In this document: piece after piece, positions 26,236-35,671 of the stretch | Position numbering within the stretch: position 1 is the stretch's first letter | Layout: every line of letters starts with the position of its first letter | Assembly: GCA_000934665.2 (NCBI GenBank) | Contig: JYFJ02003974.1 | Span: 1-35,874 of the forward strand | Direction: 5' to 3' | Source: Catajapyx aquilonaris | Lineage: Eukaryota | DNA: 35,874 nucleotides | Notes under the pieces: generated by a model | Told to the model about the DNA's origin: nothing | What the model saw: only the letters and a program-made list of their open reading frames with translations | Database searches by the model: none | Made by a program: the position numbers and the translations under genes

Positions 26236-26384
26236 TGACGTCAAAGCCTTACCCCCAACGCGATCGATCCTCATTGGCTGGCCCTGAACTCATCCCCTCT
26301 ACCCCATCCAATCTCCTTCATCCGTCTCCCCACCCAGCCCCACCCCCTTTTATGCCTTGACGTCACTTCCCGGAAATCGGAAGT
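26236..26384. promoter_or_regulatory. CRE/STAT/ETS/CCAAT composite element
   Basis: TGACGTCA at 26236-26243 and 26358-26365; TTCCCGGAA (STAT GAS consensus) 26367-26375; CGGAAGT (ETS) 26378-26384; ATTGG and CCAAT between the CREs. Confidence 0.65.
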
Positions 26385-26771
26385 AAAATTGGTCAGGCTG
26401 CGTTGCCAAGACGTCCCATCGCATTATTACACTTCAAAAATAAAAATTAAAAGGTGGCCGCCAAAAAAAAAATTACATATTACATAGAGTATATCGATCA
26501 GCTACTTTTGTTTACGCTATGATGGGGAGGTGGGTGGTAAACGGGGTCATTGAACCAGTACGCATGTGTGCTGCCACCTGGTGCAAAAACCGGGTCCAAT
26601 TTGACCCCCTCAAATTTTGACAACACCGTCTTTCTAGGAGGGAAGCTCCTCCCCCCTTTTTACGCCCTCTTTTTTACTACCATGGCCATAAAATGCAATC
26701 ATCTGCGATAATAGCCGGGCGATATTGATTGACGCGGGGAAATTTAAATAATCATAATAAAAAATGCTGAC

Positions 26772-26861
26772 CTGCGAATCGGTGACCAGGACCCATCTGA
26801 AGGGCGAATCGGTGTCCCTGGCCGATCTCCTGCAGCACATGCACGACGCAAACGGGATCAT
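26772..26861 (-). CDS. PDE7: PDE7 probable first coding exon (MIPFASCMCCRRSARDTDSPFRWVLVTDSQ)
   Basis: 30 codons in a GC/CpG-rich island ending at CAG|gtcagc (phase 0, compatible with the 13994 acceptor), followed by an AT-rich intron start. Confidence 0.65.
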
Positions 26862-27442
26862 GTCTCCTCCTTGGTGTGTCCGGCCTCAGGGGGGGTCAAA
26901 GGTCACCTCCGTCCTCTCCTCCTCTTCCGTCTGGCCATGCTCATCCTCTCACCAATATGTAAATGGGGGGGGGGGGTCGTCGTACCGACGCCGCACAGAC
27001 GCCGTCCCCCCTGGGTTCTTCCGACGTCGACCGCCGGTTCCCAACTAGTAGGGCAGGCAACGGACTGGAGGCCAAATCCCCATACCTCCCTCACCACCAC
27101 CACCACCCTCCAACCCACCGACGCTCCCGACGCCCATCGATCCTTCCCAGCACGCCGACTCTCCCGAAAAGGAAGGAAGGCCAAACCCCTAGCTAACCCG
27201 CAATTTCGGCGGTTCCCACTATTTTGGCCCCCCATTTAAAAATTTCCGGGAGAGGGACCCCCTCTTTTCCCCACCAGAAACAGACGCATAGAGTGAACCG
27301 ATGAAGTAAATTGGCAGCTGACCTCATTCTTCGAAAATGACGCTAATGCGTTGTTTCACTAATTTGGCTAGATGTTATTGCTGGTTCAATTACATTAGAA
27401 GCACGTACGGGGCCGCTCACCTCCGGTCATTAAATCGCGGAT

Positions 27443-27638
27443 TGACGTCACCAGAGTCCAGCATGATATTTTTCCATCTTTATGGAGAGAGTCTAGTATA
27501 TACATCCCACGGACCAATATTTCCTTTAAATAATCGATTCTCCCTTACTTAAATGGACTTACACAGCCTTGACCTAATTCCGCCATGAATTATTCAGCAT
27601 TTTGTCAAAAGGGGATACCCTCATTCCGAATGACGTCA
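27443..27638. promoter_or_regulatory. CRE pair upstream of PDE7 exon 1
   Basis: TGACGTCA at 27443-27450 and 27631-27638, between the MTFR 3' end and the PDE7 CpG island. Confidence 0.6.
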
Positions 27639-28009
27639 CTTGATAAAAATCTTCCGGGCTTAATGCAAAAATTCCGACAGGGTCCTCCAAAAAAAAATAA
27701 AAAATGTGTGCTTGAATTAAAATGGGACGAACATTATTGCAATATTTGGTATAGGTGCAGCATGTACGATTGGCAAGTTTGCAAACTTCCTATACCAAAG
27801 TTCAATGCCAGTGTTGACAAACTAACTCCCCACCACACATTTGCCTCCCTCCCACCCTTCTCAAACTGCACCCTCAGGAGCCTACAGCGTTGCCCAATAG
27901 CATGAATACACAAGTGCTCAAATGAGGACAGTCCCAAAGGTTTGGAAGGAAAAAATCATACAGACTGGACACAACATGTTGCGGAAATGCGGATCAGTCC
28001 AAATAATGG

Positions 28010-28015
28010 TTTAAT
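28010..28015 (-). terminator. Candidate MTFR polyadenylation signal ATTAAA
   Basis: TTTAAT on plus strand, about 245 nt downstream of the predicted MTFR stop. Confidence 0.35.
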
Positions 28016-28259
28016 CCTTCCTCTGTGAATACATGCATCAAGAGCTAATGATGCGTACATAAAATAAAAATATAATGCTCGTTTTATAAAAAATTCATTT
28101 CACACGGCATGTACCACCAGGGTAGGCCAAAAGTCAATTGGCAAGAATGCATGAATTCAGGTCAAACCAGTGGTTTCTGATCTGCATGAGTCACAATCTG
28201 CACATGACATGATTGTCAGTATTGTCACACAAAAAAAAGTTTTTATGACTGAGGCAGCA

Positions 28260-28322
28260 TTAAATTCTCCAGGGTGCTGAAAACTTTCTTGCTGTATTTT
28301 TAACCTGGAGGGGTGACTTGCT
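28260..28322 (-). CDS. MTFR1: MTFR probable last coding exon (SKSPLQVKNTARKFSAPWRI*)
   Basis: Acceptor tttctttgccattgcag|AGC, phase 0; TAA at 28262-28260. No recognisable homology, supported by splice signals only. Confidence 0.55.
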   Translation of the reverse strand, partial: SKSPLQVKNTARKFSAPWRI

Positions 28323-28564
28323 CTGCAATGGCAAAGAAATAAAGCAGTTGAGTCACTGCTTCACAGTACAGTAATACCTTTTCTCACTTTTTAAAACATT
28401 AAAACATGACAGAGTAAATGACCATTCAGGTATTTTCAGTCACAAATCATATCACTTGCAGGTTATAAAACACTGTACCCCATGATATGTTAAAAAATAA
28501 TTGTTGGTTAATTGCTCCCAACAATTAAAACCAAGAACATGCATTTTGGGTTTAACATACTCAC

Positions 28565-28820
28565 CCTCCTCTCACTAGTAGCCTTCTTAGAAGATGAAGG
28601 GTTAACAACAGAAGCAAAATTGTTGTCGTCAAAAGGATCGCATGGGTCCAAATTCTCCTTTCCCATGCCAAAGCCACCATTGTAGCCTGGGAAGTCATTT
28701 TCACTCTCATCCTCCCCGTGTATTCCAGCAAACCTTCGCTTCAAGGCTTCAGCAATCACAGATGCAGGATCAGAGTCTGATAGAAGAGGAGCTTGGCGCA
28801 CTGGATTTCCTCCTGGAGAT
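28565..28820 (-). CDS. MTFR1: Mitochondrial fission regulator (MTFR1/MTFR2 family), coding exon 3
   Basis: (R)SPGGNPVRQ...DPASVIAEALKRRF matches the family motifs RSPGG and DPAxxIAEALKKKF; acceptor aatgtcag|A, donor AGG|gtgagt. Confidence 0.9.
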
Positions 28821-29039
28821 CTGACATTAAAATGCAAGAGTGATAAATGTATATTCTTCTGCTAACTTGAAACATGGAGAAAATCTAACTTTGTCAAAAC
28901 TTGATGCATATGCAAGAGGCTTGTATACAATGAAAGCAGTATATTTCATAACAGCAACTATAATGACGACGACGATGATAATATGCATCATCATGATCAT
29001 CCAGGGTAGTGCATTCACCGCTGTGGGGTATACTGTATG

Positions 29040-29280
29040 AACCTTTTTCCATAGTGCCCAAGTCCATGAGGGAGGGAGGGAGGGTGGTGGAAGAGGAAGT
29101 GTAGCTCCAAGGGCAATAACGACATTGGCCTGTTAGTGACTTCCTCCAGGTAGTTAGCCTAGCAGAAATCTCATCCAAGATGAATCTCCACACATGATTA
29201 GAAAAGGAAGCCCAGGTGAGAAATCAAACTGTGACCTTTCTATTGGTGGGTGCAAGCATTACAGCTGCACCACTCTGCCT
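29040..29280 (-). mobile_element. Possible degraded tRNA-derived SINE
   Basis: Minus-strand head aggcagagTGGTGCAGCTG...cacaGTTTGATTTC resembles degenerate Pol III A and B boxes at tRNA-like spacing; boundaries approximate. Confidence 0.3.
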
Positions 29281-29286
29281 CCTCAA

Positions 29287-29374
29287 ACAATTGAAGGGCT
29301 CCATGGAAGAAGCGGGTAAATAGATGGGAATTCCCATCTAGTTACCCCCTTCTTCCATGGAGCCCTTCAATTGT
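29287..29374. repeat. 88-bp spacerless palindrome in an MTFR intron
   Basis: Two 44-bp arms centred on GAA|TTC (29330/29331) with only 2 mismatched pairs. Confidence 0.95.
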
Positions 29375-30095
29375 AGTGTGTGCAAGAAATGAACAGGTGG
29401 CATGGTATAGTTCGGTTCAAACTTTGTGGAAGTTGCCTTATCTTAATCATACCCCTACCTCAACTAACATGAGATACTTTGAGACCATCAAGCTGCCAAA
29501 ACCAGGCAGATTGCCAAAATGATGCAGGGAAATGCATCACATTGTAATTTGCTGTATTGTTGAGAGTTCATCATCACAATAGTATCATCCTACAAAAAGT
29601 TACAACAGCATCATATGTGTTGCAACTCGCAAGGTTAAGTGCTGCAACGTGGCTTCATGCAGTTAACGGAGGTAAACAAGGCACACCCAACCTCATTGCA
29701 CATTGCAGTCACACCTTTCTTCGGAAGATGCCCAACTACGTAAATTTAGTTTGGTATGGAATGGAGTGGAATTAACGAAAAGGCCAATGTGGTCATTCAT
29801 AAGCGAGTTAAAAATTGGCATACTGCACTGATAAAAGCTTGCTCTACAATATTAATCTATAAATGGAATCTTTCAATTGAACTGTAGACTCATTTTATCA
29901 CTGAATACATAAAATGGCACAGCAATGGGACCGAGAGTTAAAAAAAAATTAGTTAGCTTCTAACACATTCCAAAACACTATTGACAACAGAAATGCAAAT
30001 ATGCAATGAACATGTTTGCAATTGACAAACATCATGCCACTTGTTTTGCAATTTGGCCACAACGACCAATTATGCAGGAATTCAGAGAAACTTAC

Positions 30096-30724
30096 CTTGC
30101 GACAGGTCTGAGCTTCACAGCCCCAAGCCCCTTAAGGACTTCCATCATGGATGGAGGTGGTGGGTTCTTGAGCTCCAATGCAGGCGATGGGGGTGGGGGT
30201 GATGGAGGAAAGTTGCTAAATTGCGAAAATGTCTTGGGAGGTAAGGGTGGGGGTGGCGGACAGGTCCAAGTTGGTGATGAAGGAGGCGTGAAGGTTGGGG
30301 AGACGAGAAGGTAGTCTGGAGGAGGTGGAAGTTCGTCCTCCTCGATCTTGGCATGAACAAAAGCAGCTATCTGTGCCTTGAGCTGAGCCAGTTCCTCCTG
30401 AAGGGCTGCAACCTTGTCTCCTTGACTAGATATAGCAGACTCGCCACCAAATGTTAGGCTATCCATATGTGGTTCCTCTTCTTCCACGTGGACCCATCTC
30501 TCATCATTCGCTTCTCCCTCCTCCTCTTCATAATAACCAATAGCACCCTTTATGCTCTGGGATAAAGCAGTTGAGTTGAGGGTGGGAGCAAAGGAATCAA
30601 AGCAACTGTCAGTAAGCTTGAGGAATATCTTTCGTTGGGGTTGCAGGTAGAGTGTGCTGCCAATGAGACGGGGCAGACTGCGGTAACGACCATGGCTGCG
30701 TTTCAGGTCAAGCAGCTTATGAAG
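30096..30724 (-). CDS. MTFR1: MTFR-family coding exon 2
   Basis: HGRYRSLPRLIGSTL (family G..RS..R.IG..L motif), coiled coil DKVAALQEELAQLKAQIAAFV, polyproline tracts, MMEVLKGLGAVKLRPVAR; acceptor tttcag|CTT, donor AG|gtaagt (phase 2). Confidence 0.93.
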
Positions 30725-31134
30725 CTGAAATGAACAAATTGCAACCTGAATTATCCCTTAACGTAAAAAATATTAATGCCCTCCTCAAGTCAAATTCAGT
30801 TACTCATTTATCTGATGTTTTTTTGTTTTTTTTGTAACGATATGCCTGCCTGATAATTTTGTAAAATCCATTTCAACAGACATTTTCCACAAGATTATTT
30901 ACTCACAACTGTCTTTTCAGAAACACTTTAAAAAATAATTACATATACTGTAACTTAGTTGCTGTTATCATTTTCCATGGTTCTTTGAGTGCTCAACTTG
31001 AATAGGCTCTTTAGAATGACTATGTAATCACCAATTTTTAGGCAATGACAGCACAACCTGCCCCTGAGAGGATGTTCTGATATCATCAAATAGCATGAAA
31101 AACCAATGTGAGTAATGTACCATACATGTTATCT

Positions 31135-31385
31135 CAAGCATTCCCCCTGTATTCGCTGGGAATAGGTTCCAAACCCACCCATGGATAATACTGAACCCCA
31201 TATAATCCAGGCATTAATACATTAGGTTCCAGACCACTACTGTAAAGCAAATCACAAGCTTCTTTCCCCTTACTAGTGCATTTTGAAGCCTTAAAACATG
31301 TGTACACTATCACATATTAGTGTGCAATAGTGCTAAGCCAAAAAAAGATGTAAAACTAAAAAACTGCTAAAATAATAATGCTCAG
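31135..31385 (+). mobile_element. Degraded Tigger/pogo-like DNA transposon 5' fragments
   Basis: TTCCCCCTGTATTCGCTGGGAATAGGTTCCAA resembles MER2/Tigger termini; GGTTCCAGACCACTAC...AGTGCAT...TACACTAT...GTGTGCAATAG is collinear with the Tigger1 5' end as recalled. Confidence 0.5.
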
Positions 31386-31638
31386 ATAATGAGTGCAGGC
31401 ACTGCAAGCGCAAGGCAATAGTCAAAAAGAATTAAAATGAATACATTGGAAGTGCTGCATTAGGTAGGATATTAATATCGTTACACATTAATCCAAGTAA
31501 ATGTTTGCCGAACACATTGTCCGTTACAGGAAGCCATGTTCTGTCCTGATGCCCATGATAAACGCCATTCCTAGACTCTGGACTTTACCACCCACTGCAG
31601 CTTTTTAGCCAAGGGCAATGGCGTTGTTGTAATCTAAC

Positions 31639-31764
31639 CTCATTGGTGACAATACGCAGTGTGGCATCCCACCCGAACCTGGCGAGGAAGAACCAGGCCA
31701 CTTCCTGCAAGTCAATGACAAACTCCTGGGCCAGCCCCCTCACGAAATCCACCACCTGATCCAT
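31639..31764 (-). CDS. MTFR1: MTFR-family first coding exon (MDQVVDFVRGLAQEFVIDLQEVAWFFLARFGWDATLRIVTNE)
   Basis: Acceptor tttcag|ATG; phase-0 donor GAG|gttaga in frame with the next exon; an upstream non-coding exon ends at 31871 (ACG|gtaggt). Confidence 0.75.
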
Positions 31765-31979
31765 CTGAAATGAGAAAACGGTGCCAATTAGTCCACTGGA
31801 ATCATAACCCGCTCGACCACCGCGCGCGTTAATCTTTTGCCCAATTATTTTAAATGCCCAGCCTACCTACCGTCCTTCTGTGCGTGCAGGCTCCTGGCCG
31901 ATGATGTGAAGAAGCAGCCTGGGGGGCCCTCAGGAATCGGAAATAACTGGACCACGTCTGGTCAGGCCAAAATCATGCA

Positions 31980-32400
31980 AAATCACTGCGATCTCCACTT
32001 TCTCCAGGCGTGACCTTTTATACTTTTTCAAATTCCAGGGTCACAAGATGCGCAACTCACACGCAAGGACGTAGATTACGTAGTTACGCTTCTAAATAGT
32101 ATTATTTAGCACTTAAATATTATCTAATTACTTTTTTGATTTCTGAAAATGTTAATTAATAAACTATTAATGGAAAGTGTGCCAACAGTTACTGCGTATT
32201 CAGTATTTATCTTATTGTTTAACTTCCCGTTACAATAAGAATTATGCAATAATTTGTATACTTATTTTATTTACACAATGAATGATTATTATGCAGAACT
32301 AATTTCGTTTTCAAATTGGCAACGCGTGAATCGATCTCCAACGGTTTTCCGCAGTTCCGCCATATTTGAAAAGGTGTCAGTTGGAAAGAGGCGAACGTCG
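31980..32400. promoter_or_regulatory. Putative bidirectional promoter of MTFR and ARMC1
   Basis: Divergent genes with start codons 742 bp apart; AT-rich core about 32090-32310 flanked by CpG-rich segments; plus-strand CCGCCATATT (YY1/Pho-like) 32357-32366 and TCAGTT (Inr) 32377-32382; minus-strand TATAAAAG 32022-32015. Confidence 0.65.
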
Positions 32401-32505
32401 GGAGAACGGAGAGTCGCCCGAGGTTTATCAGAAACCGGCGGGTTTGGCTCGCCTAGCCATATTCATACCCGGTAGTCGAAGAGGAGGAGGAGGAGAGAAA
32501 GAGGC

Positions 32506-32589
32506 ATGTCTAACGAGCACGCCAGGGGACTGCTGGAGTCCTTCGGGGCCATGGCGGCCGATCCGCAGAAGAGGAAAGTCCTGGTCAAG
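32506..32589 (+). CDS. ARMC1: Armadillo repeat-containing protein 1, exon 1
   Basis: MSNEHARGLLESFGAMAADPQKRKVLVK matches ARMC1 LAADPLNRRAIVQ as recalled; donor AAG|gtaagg. Confidence 0.85.
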
Positions 32590-32618
32590 GTAAGGAAAAG
32601 AACGCCGTGCTCGTCCCT

Positions 32619-32642
32619 AGAGAGAGAGAGAGAGAGAGAGAG
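32619..32642. repeat. (AG)12 microsatellite in ARMC1 intron 1
   Basis: Directly visible. Confidence 0.95.
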
Positions 32643-32784
32643 TGTGTCACTGCTGCGGGGATGTCACATTCCTGAAGGGGAGTTCAGACAGTACTATAAC
32701 AACAACATGACTTATCAATACCAGGCTTTCATTTCAATAGTTGTCACATGCATTGTACATTCACCAGGTTTTTATTTGTTGCAG

Positions 32785-32951
32785 GAGAATAATTTCCTGA
32801 GCACGTTGGTGTACCTGATGGACGACAAGGATGAAGTGGTTGTATCTGGGGTGCTTGACATTCTTCACCAGATATCGGACACGGAGGCCATACGTCGCAA
32901 GCTGGCCTTGTCTCAGGAAGTCACCATGGGCCTCAAGTGCATGGCTGATGA
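32785..32951 (+). CDS. ARMC1: ARMC1 exon 2 (armadillo-like repeat)
   Basis: ENNFLSTLVYLMDDKDEVVVSGVLDILHQIS...RRKLALSQEVTMGLK aligns with ARMC1 [24 protein letters not shown] as recalled; acceptor ttgttgcag|, donor GA|gtaagc (phase 2). Confidence 0.87.
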
Positions 32952-33228
32952 GTAAGCGTCTTCCTTCATTCGGCAGATAAATATTGCTTCTGCAGCTTTC
33001 ACTCCATCATTGGTTCTGTAAGGGGAAAGCAGCTCTGGAGGTGGCATTGTTTTCCCAACAGGGTCCTGAATGCCCACTTTTCTGTGTGTGTGTGTGTGTA
33101 TGTGTCATTCTAGTTTCATGACCTATGGCCCCCTTTTGCGTACTTGCCTTAGCACTTGATTCTGCTAAACGTTCTTTCTAACCATGTGATGGCGAAGGAT
33201 ATGTACAACCAACAGTAGTTTGTCAATA

Positions 33229-33562
33229 CAGGAAGTCCCCGGTCTATGAACGGAGTTACGTTCCTGAAAATGTCCATAAGTCGGATTAGTACATAACTCA
33301 GATCCCTGAGGAACACCGTATATACAGCGTAAAGATGCTGCTCCAACGAACTGCTTACGTCATGTGTGATTGTTTGCATGTCGGAAGAACGTAGTTTCCC
33401 AATTGTTTATTAATTATACTGTGTTTACGTTGAACTTTGTGTTGGTCAACGTGAGCATAGCAGAAGCGATTGAAAGTGGAGGGATAATTATAAATTATAT
33501 CCTTCTGGGGAGCCTTGGAGCCCATTCGTAAGTGTGGATCGCCGTAAACCAGGGACTTCCTG
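33229..33562. mobile_element. Tigger/pogo-like MITE (334 bp)
   Basis: TIRs CAGGAAGTCCCCGGTCTATG and (reverse complement) CAGGAAGTCCCTGGTTTACG, flanked by TA at 33227-33228 and 33563-33564. Confidence 0.85.
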
Positions 33563-34913
33563 TACTTGCTTTGCACGCAACAAGATTTAAACTTGATGCG
33601 GAAACAGTTTTTCAGCAAGAATTGTGGTGGTATCATACATGCTGACAGAAAAGAGAAGGATTTACTCTTCAACGCCTCATATGATTGCCACAACAGAAAG
33701 AACAAAATGGTGCCATGTTGTCAAAGGCAAAACCCATCCAAATGTGGCCCACAACACAGCTGCCTTATTGGATACTTGCACAGCCTTTCCTCGTATCCAG
33801 ATTCCTGCAGGAGTGAATTTTCCTAGAATCTGGATTCTTCTTGGTATTTGCATTGTCAGCAATGCATACACAGTGGGCTAGATAAAAATGTGCAACAACA
33901 TCTTTGCCTGGAACAATACAGTATAACTGGATGAGTTCAGAAATGAAGGGCATAGTGGTTGAGTAATTGTGCCACTTGCCATCACAGTGGGAGGTCTAGG
34001 AATCAAATCATGACCCAACCACATTCTCATGGTTGAGTCAAGTAATCATGCTGATTTCATTCCTTCTCTCCTAAGGGACTAGAGAAAAGATCGGATGTAG
34101 CCTACTGAGATATTGCAAAATGAACTGAAAAAAGGGACAATTGTGATGACCATTCTGACCATGTTTAAGCATCATTTTAGACTTAAACTGTCATCACACA
34201 TTGTCTTTGCATTGATTTAATTCCAAGCACTGAGGGAACACATTGAACATATTGGGTGGATTGCGATTGGTGGATTGGGTGGATTGCGAGTTTAAACTGT
34301 GCCTCAATTACATCGCAGTTTAAACATGTCTTTGAAATCCACCCCATTGAGATTGTCTATTTATAAACCACGGAAACTCTCTTCTTCTCATAAGGAAAAA
34401 TAAGGCAGATTATACGCCTACACATCAGGCACATTTGCAGTTTTCCCGATAAAATTAAGCAGCCTTGAGTGTTTCCTGTCCATAAGCTCATTTCCATAAC
34501 CTGGTATTTTAAGTTCCTTCTGTAGCACAAAAATGCAGAAGTTACCATATTACCATGCACTCTGCTGCATGCTGGTAAATTCAGGGTGGCCAATTTTTAT
34601 AAAATGCACATCTGGTGACTATACAGGCACTCCAGTTTAAGTATAAACTTTTTTAAAAAAAATTTAGAGAATAAAGGAGGGAATAGATACTCATCTCCTT
34701 CCCATCGTCTGTGTCAACCAGTTACGAATTCCCATGTACGATCTTGTAAATCACTAGCCAATTCATTACTTCAATTTTGATAATTTTGAAGGGAAGGAGA
34801 AAATTCACAAAAATTTCCCATTTTATATTGGCTGGCCCTCTGCTTAGGAATTAGACTAATGCACAAGTCAACTACTCCATGAGACAATCCACAAATCGAT
34901 ACTTTCTTTCCAG

Positions 34914-35307
34914 CAATAAAGTGCGCAACCCTGCCTTGGCAAACCGTGCCACACTCCTACACCAGCGCCTGAGCATTGCAACCATGCTGAGAGAGCGTCG
35001 CAACCAGGCTCATCCTCCTCCTCCAGACGGCAAGGGGTCCAAGGTTCCACATACACCTGGCAAGTTTGCATCCATTCCGATCAGGCTGGAACTCAAAGGG
35101 GCAGTGACTGGCAGAGCGAGGAAGGCCCTGGAGGCAGGCCTTGTGGACGTGAGGGGGGTGGTTTCCTTCCTGGTTGATCCAGCCTCATCTCGGGTCACTG
35201 TTCGAGTCAAGCCTGGGATAGCCAACACAGAGGAACTGTTCAAGGCTGTGGCCAAAGCCGGCTGGGGTCTAGAAAATGTCCGGATGTTTGGGCCCAGAGG
35301 AAATGAG
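34914..35307 (+). CDS. ARMC1: ARMC1 exon 3 (HMA-like domain); gene continues beyond window
   Basis: IRLELKG...RARKALEAGLVDVRGVVSFLVDPASSRVTVRVK...EELFKAV matches ARMC1 LCEEALLKIKGVISF...RCVVRI as recalled; acceptor ttctttccag|C (phase 2), donor GAG|gtaagt. Confidence 0.88.
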
Positions 35308-35671
35308 GTAAGTTCACCATGCATATTATTATAAGTAGCTTTGTTCGAATCAGGGCTGCTGGTTAATTCTGGTGGTGAATGTAATCTGTTAGGAATATTA
35401 GATGCATGTGCCCTTGTGATACTTGTTGTCTTCCATTTGACAAACACATACCATTTGGAAAGACGACAAAAAATATCTGATCAAGAAATATGTCAGTAAT
35501 CACATCTGGAAAGGTCAAAATATGGATAGTAATGTATCAAGGGTGTGACCTGATGATAAATGTGCAGCCAGTGTGTGATACAGCGCTGGCCTTCACAGGT
35601 GCCTTAACCCCATATCATATCAAGTATGTACTGTTACTGACCCGAGTGTATCATTCTTCATTTTCTTAATA

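Noticed and set aside
34252..34344. GGGTGGATT...GTTTAAAC...GTTTAAAC...AATCCACCC small inverted structure with tandem GGTGGATT copies
   Set aside because: Probably a degraded MITE remnant; too short and rearranged to classify.
35010..35447. 145-aa minus-strand ORF
   Set aside because: Antisense shadow of ARMC1 exon 3.
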